A stretch of 64,000 bases of DNA, from assembly GCF_006345805.1 (NCBI RefSeq), contig NC_043004.1:48608001-48672000 (forward strand), given 5' to 3'. This document shows, piece by piece, positions 25,821 to 38,652 of the stretch (the stretch's first letter is position 1; each line of letters opens with the position of its first letter). This DNA comes from Octopus sinensis. Lineage: Eukaryota. A program made the position numbers and the translations under genes. The notes under the pieces were generated by a model, which saw nothing but the letters and a program-made list of their open reading frames with translations, made no database searches and was not told the DNA's origin.

Positions 25821-26419
25821 CATACTGCAAAACAAAAGGAAATACCAATAGAAGTCTGCTATGATATGTTTGAGGTGCCAGCACCAAAAAATATTGAGCC
25901 TTGTAGAAGCAGCAGTTGAAAAAGGTAACAGACTATACACTTATAAATAATACCAGAATGGAAAAGATATTAAATTTTAAAATGAGAGAGAGAGAGGGAG
26001 AGGTGCTGTAAAAATGAAAAATAAAATAAATCTCACTTCTTGCAGAAGTTGAAATCTCAAAAGGGAAATGTTGTGATGAGAGTCATGATGCCCCCTTGTG
26101 AGAAATAGTCTGGACTAGGTGATTATAAATAGTAGTGGTCAGAGTAAAGTTTGGGTGTGAGTTTGAGTTGAGTTCACATTGAAGTCAGAAGATGTCAATT
26201 GGTTAGTTCATTTGGAATATTGATTGTTGGTTCATGAAGAGATTGTTGGATTGTTAAGTTATTATTATGGCTGTATCATTGCCTTGTTTATTGTTACAAC
26301 ACTGGTACAGTGTATCAAAACCACCTGTCACAATATTGTGGTGGTACCATGACATTGGAGACAGAGGATACAACACAGTTGAACACTGGGTCAATGTCTT
26401 TGGCTTACCTCCTTCCCCA

Positions 26420-26565
<146 letters not shown>

Positions 26566-27789
26566 GAGATGATAAAGTCAGTTCACTTCTACTGAAAGCT
26601 TGGCTTGCATGAATGTAATTCATTGAAAAAAATCATGGTATGAGACTGAGGTTTAAGAATTAGGGTGTGTGTGTGTGTGTATGCGTGCACACTTATATGT
26701 GCATGTGTGTGTGTGTGTGTATGTGTACCTGTGTTTTGTGTAATCCTAATAAATATTTTCAATATTTCTGTCTAGATCTTTAGATATCTTTAAACTGTTT
26801 TAATGGTAATATTTTTTTCTACTGTGTATAATATATCAATTAGGTGCAAGTAATATTTCTTTGATCTTTGTTAATTATATATGCTCTGTCACTCTTTAAA
26901 CTTAGCTTCAGTCTAGTAGCATAAGTTCTGGAAACTCTCACATTTAAGGATCTTTACAATTTGTGAAATATGTTGGTGATTGCTATAAGCTTTAGAACTG
27001 GAAGAATTTTAGCAATGGGTAATGTGATGTGCTCTTGAAACAGAAGCTGTTCCAAGAATATTTGACTGAGGAATTTACTGTTGGCCAACTTTCATCTTAG
27101 GAGCTGTTGAATTTTCTGGTAAAACTAAGATGATTTATTATTGTTAAAACTTCTTCTCAAGGCAGTTATTGGCAGCAACATCTTTGAAACAATTCAGTTC
27201 TGCTACATAGTCTTTCAGCTTCTGAAATGCTAAGTGAATTGTAGGGGTTATATGACAAGTTTGTATATACATTGAATTCTCAACTGTGATAGCTTTTATG
27301 ATAAAATGTGATTTGGGCTTGTATGAACTAAAAGCCACTGATTTCAGAAACCTGTGATAGATATTTTCTCTAAGGTATTGAATTCAATCATCTTCAGACT
27401 ATCAGAGAGCATTCCACTAACAGATGAACAGTAAATTTACAAAATCTACAAAATGCCTCTGCCTATGGAATCATCAACCATATCAAAGGTCCTCATTGGA
27501 TTATTCAGGGGTTTACTTCACTAAGTGTCCAAGGCTTTCAGTATGTCCACTATATGAAAAAAACTAGAGAACTTATGATAAACTTTGCTTACAAAAAAAA
27601 CCCAAAATGCATGGAATAATATCTGTTGTTTTCTTTTCTTTTTTTTTTTTTTTCAAGTGGTTGCATGTTTATTTCTAGTGGGATCACCAATTTGGTTGTC
27701 TTGCATTAAATGAAAGTTCAAACAAGAAGACCAGAATGAATATAATCATTATTCAGACAAACCCATGAGGGAATGCAAATGAATGTGAA

Positions 27790-28330
27790 TTAGCAGAATT
27801 GGCAACTCTAATTCACGAAGTTTTAAGTTCAGTGCATCATCAAGACAATTCCTCTGAGTTGATGAGAACTATTACCAAACAGCTCTGTGTGATTTGGTCT
27901 GATCTCAGATGTGCAGGGGATGAGGATATCTGGTACAACTCCTATGAGATGAGGAGAATTTAATTCATATCTGGCAAAGCCCAGGAGAACTGTGTGATCA
28001 TGTGACACAACATTATGTGGCTTCCTTGAATACCCTTTGACTGCTACTGTGTAAGGCGTTGTTGGGCAGGTTTGGCCCGCAATCCCACTGTACCAATAAC
28101 TTATATATCTTGGGAGGCAGCATGGGTTGGTGCCACCTGATCTTCGTATGTACTTGCTTCCATGGTCACATCAAGCCTGTCACTGGAGCTGAGAGAGGAA
28201 TCTTGTTTAATGACCATTTTTCTCAATTCATTTGCCAACCACTTTACAGAGTATACAGGATATATTTTATCATGGCACCAACACTAGAGAAGTTGCCTAG
28301 TATTTTACAAGCCTCAATAGGTTTTACTAT
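27790..28330 (-). mobile_element. Possible highly decayed CR1-like LINE 3' end
   Basis: Fragments IYKLLVQW, FARY...VVP and HPLHI...TELFGNS loosely follow the CR1 C-terminal order; many frameshifts. Confidence 0.25.
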
Positions 28331-29816
28331 TGTATTGACTTCATTCTATAAAGGCAAATACCACTGAATGTGTGAATAGAAGAGAGTAGTGAACAAGAGG
28401 GTGAAGAAAAGAGAGTATGAATATGAGTATAGTGGGGGAAGCTGGGTGATAAGATGTTAGGAGAGAGAAAGTAATGGAAGAGAGACAATGATAGATACAT
28501 ATTGGTTGTTGGTAACAAAGATGAATAAAAAATAATGTTGGTGATGTGATGAAAATGAGTTGTCATAAGTTAGAGGGAGCAAATGATGGATAGCAATAAA
28601 AATAGAGAAGGGTAATAATACGTGAGAGTAGGAGATGACAATGGATGATTATATATGTTGTGGTAAGGGAGACCAAGTGAATAATAGAGATGGAGATGGG
28701 AAGTGGAAAGTGATAATGTCAATAAAGCAATGTGGAGAGGTTGGCAGCAGAAAGTATTGAATATAGACATGCCTTGTTACTCAGGCATTGCAATGAAAGA
28801 AAAAAATGATGCTGACTATTAGGTGGGGGTGATGGTAGAAAAGAGGTAAAGCAATAATGGGTAATGGTGGTGAAATTCAATGTGAACAAATAAAATACCA
28901 TCCCTCATTACACAGGCAAAATGAAGATGAGAGAAAGATGACGGGGAGTACTGAATAGGGATAGTTCTGGTGCCATCCCTCCGTTAATTACACTGTGTAA
29001 CATAATTTTTGTCTTTGAGTAATGACTGTTATTCCCTATTCACTTACCACTAGAAAGTATGAAAAATGGCTAATATTTCTTACAAACTTTGCTTTTGCTT
29101 TTATTCAAACCCCAAAACTCCCTCTCAACACATGGCCTTGATGCTCTCTTACTACTCCTACTCGTGATCAGAGATGCACATATTGTCAGCCACTAAAGGA
29201 CATACTCAAGTGGTTATGGTCAAGTAGCTGACAAGCAAATCTGCGGTACTGGACAGAATATTTGCTTTAATATTTCTGCTTCAGCAACCTAGTGCTGAAT
29301 CTGTATGAAATGTAATGGAAAATAGGTCAGTTTCAATAGAAAATAACACACACTGACCAAAGACATGCTATTCATGATGGAAGTGAGGTAGAGTGCAAAG
29401 AGTATGAAGGTGAAAGAGATAGATAGAGAGATAATGTTATACAGTTGAAGTGGGATATTGTTATACAGTTGAAGAGGTATATTGAATAGAGTAAAGGAAA
29501 AGTGACACGAGAGGTTACTGAAGAGGTCAGCAGATGAAGATTTAACATGAATATAATGAGTGAAACATCCATTGTATATACATATAGTATTATACAACTC
29601 AACCATCATCACCACCACTACTCCTCCAACCACTTTTTTTTCCATGCTTGCATTGAGGTACAGGTTTTTCCAACATAGTGTGTTACCATTTGCCACTATT
29701 TGTTATCATCTCCATTGTGAGGTTCAGCTTCTTGTGGTCAGTCTTCACCACTTCATCCCTTGCAAATACCACTTGCATATACATACTGTACATATAATAC
29801 ATTGACAAATAGATTG

Positions 29817-29859
<43 letters not shown>

Positions 29860-31377
29860 TATGCATTTGTATGTTTGATATCGTCATCATTGTATGTCTG
29901 CTCTCTCTACAGGCATGGGTAGCACCACAGCTTGTTCCAATGTCTCGTTTTTGGTATTGTTCCTACGACCCAATGCCCTTATTAACACCGTTACAGAGTG
30001 TATTCTCTATGTTTTTTGTTACCAGCACTATAGAGGTTGCCTTACTATCAATAGGACTGAAGAGCCCTCTCAAGCCCTGCAGTATCACTGTCTGAATCAA
30101 TTACTAATCACATAGAGCATACTGGGTGCTTCATGTGGCACCAACACTGTTGGGGTTGCCTTACCACTTGTAAAGCTAAGGAGAGCACTTCCCCACTCAA
30201 GCATCATGATTCAAGAAGAAAGAAAAGAGAAAGGAAGGGTAGCAAGATATAAGTGGTGGGGATGTGGAAAAAGGAAATATTCAGTATGCACTAATTGAGT
30301 ACTCTCCTCTTAATTGTGGGTGTCATTACACAGTGAGTAAAGGAAATGAGGGAGTCTAGAATAGGCACAGTAGTTAGGGGAGTGGATGGTGGTGGGCTAC
30401 GAGGATATAGAATGGACAACAGGTGGGTACAGATGCATACAAGCAATAATATATAAGTAAGAGAGTGGGTGTGCTCTAAGATTAAGTGAACGGTTGGATC
30501 TTCTGGAGCCCTATGTAACATCAGTCAACAAGGTCTTCAGTGTGTATAAACACACACACATGTACACTCACACACAAGTACACTCACACATATGTGCACT
30601 CACACCACATGCACTCACACACATGTGCACTTGCACACATACTATGTGGTTAAGAAGCTTGCTTTGCAACTATACGGTTACAAGTTCAGTCCTTCTCTAT
30701 GGCACCCTGGACAAGTGTCTTCTACTATAGCCCCAATAACATAGGGCTGACCAATGCCTTGTAAATGAATTTGGTAAATGGACATTGTGTGTGTATATAT
30801 ACCTATTTGTGTGTGTGTGTCTTTGTGTTTATGCATGACCCTCTCCACCATTGCTTCACAACTGGTGTTGGCTTCTTTATAGATTATGGCAAAAGGACCA
30901 ATAAAATAAGTGCTGGCATTGATTTGTTCAACTAAAACCTTCGTGGCAGTGCCCCAGCATTGACATACTCCTGTGATTGAAACAAATAAATGATAAAAGA
31001 CACACATTGTACACACACATATACATGCACATACACTCACACACACACATAATGGACTTACTATTGTGAATGTTCTTCACATAGAAATTAATGAGTGAAA
31101 TATCTAAGTGTTGCACAGGCACATGTACCCATCCCATAATTCTCATTTATAATCAGTGTAGTACAGTGTGACAGAGTGGCGCCTTTGAAATACAGGCACA
31201 ATTTATCCAATGGGTTCCTGCAAAGTTTCTATTTATCCAAATTCATTCACAATGCTTGAGTTAACCCAAGACTATAGTAATAAACATTTACTGAATATGC
31301 CTTATGGTGGGGTCAAAACCAGGACCTTATGGCTCCAAAACGAACTTCTCAGTCATGTTTGTATACACACACACATA

Positions 31378-31434
<57 letters not shown>

Positions 31435-31922
31435 ATAAAAATATAATTAATATGTTATGTTGACTGATTGAATTAAAAATATCTCAAGGCACGTACATTA
31501 AAATAAACATATTTTAGTGGTAATTTTAATGTGATTTTAATGTATATGCCTTGAGTTGTTTTTAATTCAGACGGTCTTCATAACAGTATATTTAATTTAT
31601 ATTGTTTTGAATCGCTTTTTCTAAGGTGAACTCTGGTAGATTCTGTTGCAGTCCAATTAGTCTGACACACATGCACACACACACACACACAAAACACAGA
31701 ATTTGTGTATGATTAAGAAGTTGGCTTCCCCAATGTGTAGGTTCCAGTTCAGTCCCACTGCAAAGCACATTGGATGAATGCTGACCAAACCTTTTGAGTG
31801 AATTTAGTAGACCAAGCCTGCAAGAAGTCTAACACACACACACACATGCGTGCACTTATATGTATGTGTGTATACATATATGTATGTGTATATAAATATA
31901 TATATATATAATATATATATAT

Positions 31923-32029
31923 ATCACGTGACCGACCAGACCATCAGATGTTGTTACACATTGCTGGTCACAATGTGTTCGCATTGTTTTAGCCTTCGAA
32001 TGACGCCACCCCGCTGGCTAAGCGAGCAG

Positions 32030-32032
<3 letters not shown>
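31923..32032 (-). mobile_element. 3' tail fragment of SINE family E (tail type 2)
   Basis: Reverse complement of 38541-38652; flanked by (TA)n on both sides. Confidence 0.85.
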
Positions 32033-32097
<65 letters not shown>

Positions 32098-32101
<4 letters not shown>

Positions 32102-32330
32102 AAACAAGTCAAAAATAGAAAATGCTAAGATGATTTTATAGTGAATCTTTCAGTACCGGTTTCGGTCATTTTGAGACCTTTTCAACTGTAACGATTAAAT
32201 AATTAAATTTAGAAAAATTAGAAGAAAAGTTTTTTTAAAAGAATATTTCTGTAGTAGTGTTCAGATATAAGTAGCATTCTGCCTTTCTCTGACTCCCTTG
32301 TTTGCACTTGTGTGTTCGAGGTCGTGTATA
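32098..32330 (-). mobile_element. PLE-like pLTR fragment, same family as 10015-10677
   Basis: Colinear with the 10021-10260 arm; lies between (TA)n tracts. Confidence 0.75.
32151..32188 (-). ncRNA. Minimal type I hammerhead motif with U3-A8 core
   Basis: CAG UUGAAAA GGUC ucaaaau GACC GAAA CCGG UA|CUG; palindromic stem III ACCGGU. Confidence 0.7.
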
Positions 32331-32401
32331 TATATATATATACATATCATCATCATCATCATCATCATAAACGATGATGATGATGATGATATGTATGTAT
32401 G

Positions 32402-32463
<62 letters not shown>

Positions 32464-32609
32464 TACATGTGCACACACACATATCATCATTGTTTAACAT
32501 GCTTCTTCCATATATATATATTGCGTTTGCTCATTCATTACACACACACTCACACACACACACACATGCACACACACACATTTGTACACACAGGTAGATA
32601 TTGCTTTCT

Positions 32610-33530
32610 TGCTTGCTCCTTGTTCTTTCTTGATGGGACTGGGGTCAACTCAGGTTAGTGGTCCCAGAGATGTCATTGTGCATAGACCCAACTAGGTTTA
32701 CCGGTGCTCCCTATCACCGACAGTCCTGTGCCAACCCCTCTACATCCTCCAAGATAACAGTGTGCCTCCGGAGATCTTTCTTAATCATGTCCAGTCATCT
32801 GGTGCACAACCTGCCACGGGGCTGCTTCCAGCCCACAGCTCCTACATTGAAGGAGAGTAACACCCTGGTAAGATAATCTGGTGGGAGGCTGAGGACATGT
32901 CCAAACATGTGCATGCAGCAGACAGCTATGCGGCGGAAGGCCAGGGGCTGATGTGTGCAGTGCACTCAACTCTTTGTTGGAAATGTGATGGTACCATCTG
33001 ATGTTTTCAGTGGTTCTGAGGGCCCTGCTATTGAAGTCATTGATCCTCTTTGCTGGGGTCTTTATGGGAGACCATGTTTCTGCTCCATAGACGAGAATGG
33101 AGGAGAAGGCCAATATATTGTAGATGCAGAGCTTTGTCTTCCAGGAGATAGAGCAGTGGCACCAAAGGGGCTTCCATAGAGAGTACATGATACCAGTGGC
33201 CAGACCACATCTGTGGTTGATCTCCAGGATCAAGTAGACGAAGGACAAACTCCATGACTTTGGGACCAATATGGAGAGCAGGAGGGTCTGGTCCATCACT
33301 GACATGTATCAGCTTTGTCTTCACCCAACTCACCTGAAGGCCAAGTTTTGCTGATTCCTCTCAGTATATGGTCAGTGTATCCCTGAGCTGGTCAATCGAG
33401 TTGTTGAATAGGGCAGTATCATCTGCATATTCCAGGTTAGTAAGGTAATAGTCCCCAAAGGTAATGCCAGAGACTCACTCATAGACCTTGGTCATCAGAT
33501 AATTGATAATACAGATGAATAGGTCGGGGT
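32610..33530 (-). mobile_element. RTE-clade LINE ORF2 fragment (RT C-terminus)
   Basis: LEYADDTAL RT motif near 33420; LGLQVSWVKTK, KTKLCIYN, LVYGAETW, FGHV, WKQPRGRLCTRWLDMIKKDL. Confidence 0.9.
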
Positions 33531-33789
33531 TGGAGTATATATATACCATGCTAATACAGTAACGCCTTGATATAGAAGTTAATTTGTTCCTAGAGACTGC
33601 TCATAAAGTGAAAACTCATGAAGCAGAGCAATAATTTCTCATAGTAGCAATGTTATAAATTGTAATTTGTAAAAATTTTACTTATAAAATTTATACTCAT
33701 AAGTAAATGGCATTAAAACAACAGTAGAATATAAAGAATATTTTATGTAAAGTAAAAAGTATGTGAAGATCATTTATAATAAAAAAGAA

Positions 33790-34050
33790 TATTATTATTT
33801 TTATGGAGATGTACTTGCATAGCGAGTGACTTGATCTGAGATCGTGTGCTGGAACGAAAACAATTGCAGCGTGGGAGGTGTTTATAAGCCATTTAAGAAA
33901 CACACAAAACCGTTAGATTCACTTCAACATTTAAATTTAATTCGTCAAAATATTTTCGTCTCTTTGAGACCGCGACCTGTTCACTGACAAAGCTTCGTGT
34001 GTGTTTTCTGTGTTTCTTAAATGGCTTATAAACACCTCCCACGCTGCAAT
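33790..34050. mobile_element. Fold-back element with 42-bp perfect inverted repeat enclosing a hammerhead motif
   Basis: Arms 33863-33904 and 34009-34050 are exact reverse complements. Confidence 0.8.
33943..33989 (-). ncRNA. Minimal type I hammerhead motif with G3-C8 core
   Basis: UGUCA GUGAACA G GUCGC ggucucaaa GAGAC GAAA AUAU U U|UGACG; 5-bp stem I; palindromic stem III AAUAUU. Confidence 0.65.
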
Positions 34051-34270
34051 ATTATTATTATAATCATTTTCGAATCCCTTTCACTCGCACTGGACTCATG
34101 CACACCATCACTTGTAGACGCAAATGCCACTCTTTATAAATTTCTCGGTAACACGCAGAAGCATTCGTTATGATAGTAGAAACTTTTGCACTTCATTCAA
34201 AATTTGGATCTTGTGCTTGAAAAATAAAATTCATAAACCTGAGATCTCATAAAGTGAGGTACATAAATAT

Positions 34271-34694
34271 ATAAAAACACCATCCGAGCGTGGCCGTCTG
34301 CCAGCCTCGTCTGGCACCTGTGTCGGTGGCACATAAAAACACCATCCGAGCGTGGCCGTCTGCCAGCCTCGTCTGGCACTGTGTCGGTGGCACATAAAAA
34401 ACACCATCCGAGCGTGGCCGTCTGCCAGCCTCGTCTGGCACCTGTGTCGGTGGCACATAAAAAACACCATCCGAGCGTGGCCGTTTGCCAGCCTCGTCTG
34501 GCACCTGTGTCGGTGGCACATAAAATCACCCACTACACTCTCGGAGTGGTTGGCGTTAGGAAGGGCATCCAGCTGTAGAAACACTGCCAGATCTGACTGG
34601 ACTGGTGCAGCTTTCGGGCTCCCCAGACCCCAGTTGAACCGTCCAACCCATGCTAGCGTGGAAAGCGGACGTTAAATGATGATGATGATGATGA
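34271..34694 (+). mobile_element. Family C retroposon with four tandem 62-bp units
   Basis: Unit ataaaaacaccatccgagcgtggccgtctgccagcctcgtctggcacctgtgtcggtggcac four times over 34271-34520, then the common 3' end and (GAT)n. Confidence 0.9.
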
Positions 34695-35002
34695 TATACA
34701 AGTTCAGGATTCAAGTGAATTAGGTCCTTAAATAGTAAAGCACCAAGATTGGGTCAGTGAAATCACTATTATGAACAAAACAAAATCAGAACATATATAT
34801 GTACATACTGGAGTAAAGACAGATTTGTATTCCATTCTCTGGCCAAAATTCACCAGGGAATCAAGAAATGGCGCATTGCTTGGATTTGTGCAGTGTTTTT
34901 TTTTTTATGTTTTATTCATGCATATTATTCACCTGAAGAAAATGTTTTTTTTTCCACATGATGTAATAACTCTATTCATAAATAATAAAAAAATCACATA
35001 GT

Positions 35003-35415
35003 AGGCGCAGTAGTGGCTGTGTGGTAAGTAGCTTGCTAAACAACCACATGGTTCCGGGTTCAGTCCCACTGCGTGGCATCTTGGGCAAGTATCTTCTGCT
35101 ATAGCCCCGGGCCGACCAATGCCTTGTGAGTGGATTTGGTAGACGGAAACTGAAAGAAGCCTGTCGTATATATGTATATATATATAAGTGTGTGTGTATA
35201 TGTTTGTGTGTCTGTGTTTGTCCCCCTAGTATTGCTTGACAACCAATGCTTGTGTGTTTACATCCCCGTCACTTAGCGGTTCGGCAAAAGAGACCGATAG
35301 AATAAGTACTGGACTTACAAAGAATAAGTCCTGGGGTCGATTTGGTCGACTAAAGGCGGTGCTCCAGCATGGCCGCAGTCAAATGACTGAAACAAGTAAA
35401 AGAAAAAAAAAAGAG
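35003..35415 (+). mobile_element. SINE family A, full length
   Basis: Complete head, microsatellite and tail. Confidence 0.95.
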
Positions 35416-35516
35416 TATCTGAAACAGCTGTAGTCAATGAACCACTATCTATCTGTAGTTATTTGTTTATATACCTATGTGTGTGTGTATATATATACTG
35501 TGTTTGCTCATTCATC

Positions 35517-35564
<48 letters not shown>

Positions 35565-35642
35565 TGTGTATATGTATGTGTGTGTATATATATATATATA
35601 ATATATGCATATACATATATATATATATATATATAATCAAAA

Positions 35643-36545
35643 CAAATCAAAATAGATGAACATCAATGGAATTTGTATCTTTGTGGTACCAATGCCGGTG
35701 GCACACAAGAAAACCATCCAAATGTGGCGGTAGCCAGTACCACATCGACTGGCCTCCGTGCTGTGGGCACGTAACAAACACCATCCGATCGTGGCCGTTC
35801 GCCAGCCTCATCTGGCACCTGTGTTGGTGGCACATAAAAATACCATCCAAAGACCCGGCAAGACTAGTCAGGCCATAACCCGTGGCCCCTACCTGGGACG
35901 TAGTCAGTCTACCTGTGCATACCTTCCTTCTTATGACACTTGTGAAGACCTGTTGAGGCAAGTATGTGACACTTGTGAAGACCTGTTGAGGCAAGTGTGT
36001 GACAGTTGTGAAGACCTGTTGAGGCAAGTGAAAATCAAACCAAATCAAAATAGATGAACATCAATGGAATTTGTATCTTTGTGGTACCAGTGCCGGTGGC
36101 ACACAAGAAAACCATCCGAACGTGACCGTAGCCAGTACCGCATCGACTGGCCTCCGTGCTGTGGGCACGTAACAAACACCATCCGATCGTGGCCGTTCGC
36201 CAGCCTCATCTGGCACTTGTGTCGGTGGCACATAAAAACACCATCCGAGCGTGGCCGTCTGCCAGCCTCGTCTGGCACCTGTGTCGGTGGCACATAAAAA
36301 AAAACACCATCCGAGCGTGGCCGTTCGCCAGCCTCGTCTGGCACCTGTGTCGGTGGCACATAAAATCACCCACTACACTCTCGGAGTGGTTGGCGTTAGG
36401 AAGGGCATCCAGCTGTAGAAACACTGCCAGATCTGACTGGCCTGGTGCAGCCTTCGGGCTCCCCAGACTCCAGTTGAACCGTCCAACCCATGCTAGCATG
36501 GAAAGCGGACGTTAAATGAGGATGATGATGATGATGATGATGATT
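35643..36545 (+). mobile_element. Longest family C copy, with internal duplications
   Basis: caaatcaaaatagatgaacatc... starts at 35643 and 36041 (398 bp apart); 31-bp unit three times at about 35934-36030; 62-bp unit three times at 36172-36360; (GAT)n tail. Confidence 0.9.
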
Positions 36546-37419
36546 GATAAAAATGGTAAGACAACAATATATCAGTGAAAGCCTAATTAATGAGGTATTT
36601 ATCTTTTTGTAGTACCTCTTAAAGATGTATAATGTCCAAAATCATGAAAATATATCAGTAGCAAACGAACACCATCCAGCAACCATGATGGCATAGTGAA
36701 ATGTGTATTTCTGCCTCTTTGAGCTTCATCAGTTGCAAGTATCCATTGGTAACAAACAGCATGCTAAATGAAAATCAGCTGTTATTGATATTGTAAAACA
36801 GTGGTTGAAAAGTCACTGATGTTGCAATTAGCTGGCAAGTGGAAAAAATATTCATTAAGTGCAATAAAAGTAGTATTAGTTTAAGATTTTTTTAACACAC
36901 ACATACATATATGAATGAGTGTTTAAGTCAATAAGTCAAAAGAAAAGTACATTCAATATGAGAAGTAGAGCATTTATAAATTTATACTGTCTAGCAGTAT
37001 ATTTTGGGTATAGCATATAACTTTTGTTTTTCTCTTTCATCTCATGCACCTTATGAGGTTGATGATTTCTCAAGGTGCATCCTTGTGTTAAGCTTCTTAG
37101 GTAGCAAGTGAAGAAGGCCTTCCATCTCATCTATTTTATGAAGACAATGCTTTTCTCTAGGAACATCCCTATGTAATGTTTGTTAGCTGGTGTTGGCTAT
37201 ATATAGTAGTCTAGGAATCCATAAATGAGAAAATAGGCAAATGTATATTTGTCAATAGAGTGGGTATATTAATCAAAGTGTACAGTACTATATGTCCATT
37301 ATGGCCATCTTACTAATTGGTTTCTCATTAGGAGTTCAATTGAGTGTTAGTGTTACAGCCTGATTATGTAACTCTGCGTTCTGGAAGAAAATATGTTATA
37401 GAAGAAAATATGGTGATTT

Positions 37420-38126
37420 TCTTCTACAGACAGGACAGCAACAAAAAGTCAATGTAAAATTTTGCTTTAAACTTGGGAAGTCTCCTACAGAGATATTGAG
37501 CATACTTCAACAAGCTTACGGAGATAAAGCAATGGGTTGTATGCAATGTTTTGACTGGCACAGGTACTTCAAATGTTGAAGAAAACCCTGGAAGACCTGC
37601 CTCAAGTGTCTCTCCTGGAAATGTGATTTTGTGCATCAAGAATTCATTCCCCAGGGACAGACCATCAATCAAAAGTACTATTGCAGCATTGTAAGTGTTT
37701 GGGGGAGGACATTTAGTGAAAGCGACCAAATCTGTGGAGAGTGAAGAATTGGATTCTTCATGAAAGCAATGCACCCTGTCACCAAGCTCTCCACATTCAT
37801 GAATTTGTTACCAAAAACAACATGGTATCACTTCTGCACCAACCCTATTTATCATATTTAACACCTGCGGACTTCCATCTCTTCCCCAAGATGAAATTGC
37901 TGCTCAAAGGGCCACCATTGTGGAGATCTTGGCTGAATTGCAGAAGGTCCTTGACTCACTTATGGAAAACAACTTTCATACCAGATTCCAAAAGTGGAAG
38001 AAATGCTGGGACCAGTGTATCATTGTGCATTGTGACTATTTCGAAGGAGATGATGTTAAAACTTAGACAAATAAGTTACTTTTTATTAAACATAACTTGT
38101 CTGAGATCATTTTTGATACCACTTCG
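37420..38126 (+). mobile_element. Internally deleted mariner transposon, second copy
   Basis: QQKVNVKFCFKLGKSPTEILSILQQAYGD, EFIPQGQTINQ, WILHESNAPCH, LTPADFHLFPKMK; right TIR ...gataccacttcg plus TA at 38127-38128. Confidence 0.85.
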
Positions 38127-38305
38127 TAGAATAAGGATTTGAATTAGTTTGTTCTATTTGACTTGAGTCAGAAATTCTGGAAGCATGCATTGCCTCTAAG
38201 TGCAACACAAAAGATAAATCTATGTGTGTGTGTATGTCATCATTATCATCATCATCGTCATCATCATCATTTAATCTGTTTTTCATGCTAGCATGGGTTG
38301 GCACA

Positions 38306-38342
<37 letters not shown>

Positions 38343-38350
38343 TTACAGGT

Positions 38351-38652
38351 GGAGGCGCAATGGCCCAGTGGTTAGGGCAGCGGACTCGCGGTTGTAGGAT
38401 CACGGTTTCGATTCCCAGACTGGGCGTTGTGAGTGTTTATTGAGCGAAAACACCTAAAGCTCCACGTGGCTCCGGAAGGAGGTGGTGGCGATCCCTGCTG
38501 TACTCTTTCACCACAACTTTCTCTCATTCTTTCTTCTGTTGGCCTGCTCGCTTAGCCAGCGGGGTGGCGTCATTTGAAGGCTAAAACAACGCGAAACGCA
38601 TTGTGACCAGTGATGTGTAGCAGCATCTGATAGCCTGGTCGGTCACGGTGAT
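38351..38652 (+). mobile_element. tRNA-derived SINE family E with tail type 2
   Basis: ggaggcgcaatggcccagtggttagggcagcggactc head; tail ggcctgctcgcttagccagc...ggtcggtcacggtgata. Confidence 0.9.

Larger units (their letters stand above)
23042..26375 (+). mobile_element. Gypsy LTR retrotransposon (Mag-like), RT/RNase H deleted
   Basis: LTRs 23042-23347 and 26069-26375 (TG...CA, about 80% identical by eye); TSD CAGTT at 23037-23041 and 26376-26380; PBS tggcgacgagg at 23350; PPT aaaagggaaa before the 3' LTR. Confidence 0.95.
22905..26418 (+). mobile_element. SINE family B split by the Gypsy insertion
   Basis: 5' part 22905-23041 ends gtaccagtt; it resumes at 26376 with cagttgaacactggg. Confidence 0.8.
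33557..34265. mobile_element. Possible Tigger/pogo-type MITE hosting the 33790-34050 insertion
   Basis: TA then cagtaacgccttgatatagaagttaatttgttcc; degenerate other end ctcataaagtgaggtac. Confidence 0.35.

Noticed and set aside
34295-34332. HDV-like ribozyme in the 62-bp unit (loop cctcgt resembles L3)
   Set aside because: No P1 or P2 partner strands could be found for the nested double pseudoknot.
34271-34520. Regularly spaced hairpin repeats resembling a CRISPR array
   Set aside because: Units are contiguous and near-identical with no unique spacers, no cas genes are present, and the context is a eukaryotic retroposon.
36700-36735. CUGAUGA...GAAA motif on the - strand
   Set aside because: Stem II needs a bulge and an unpaired A before GAAA; there is no convincing stem I or III.
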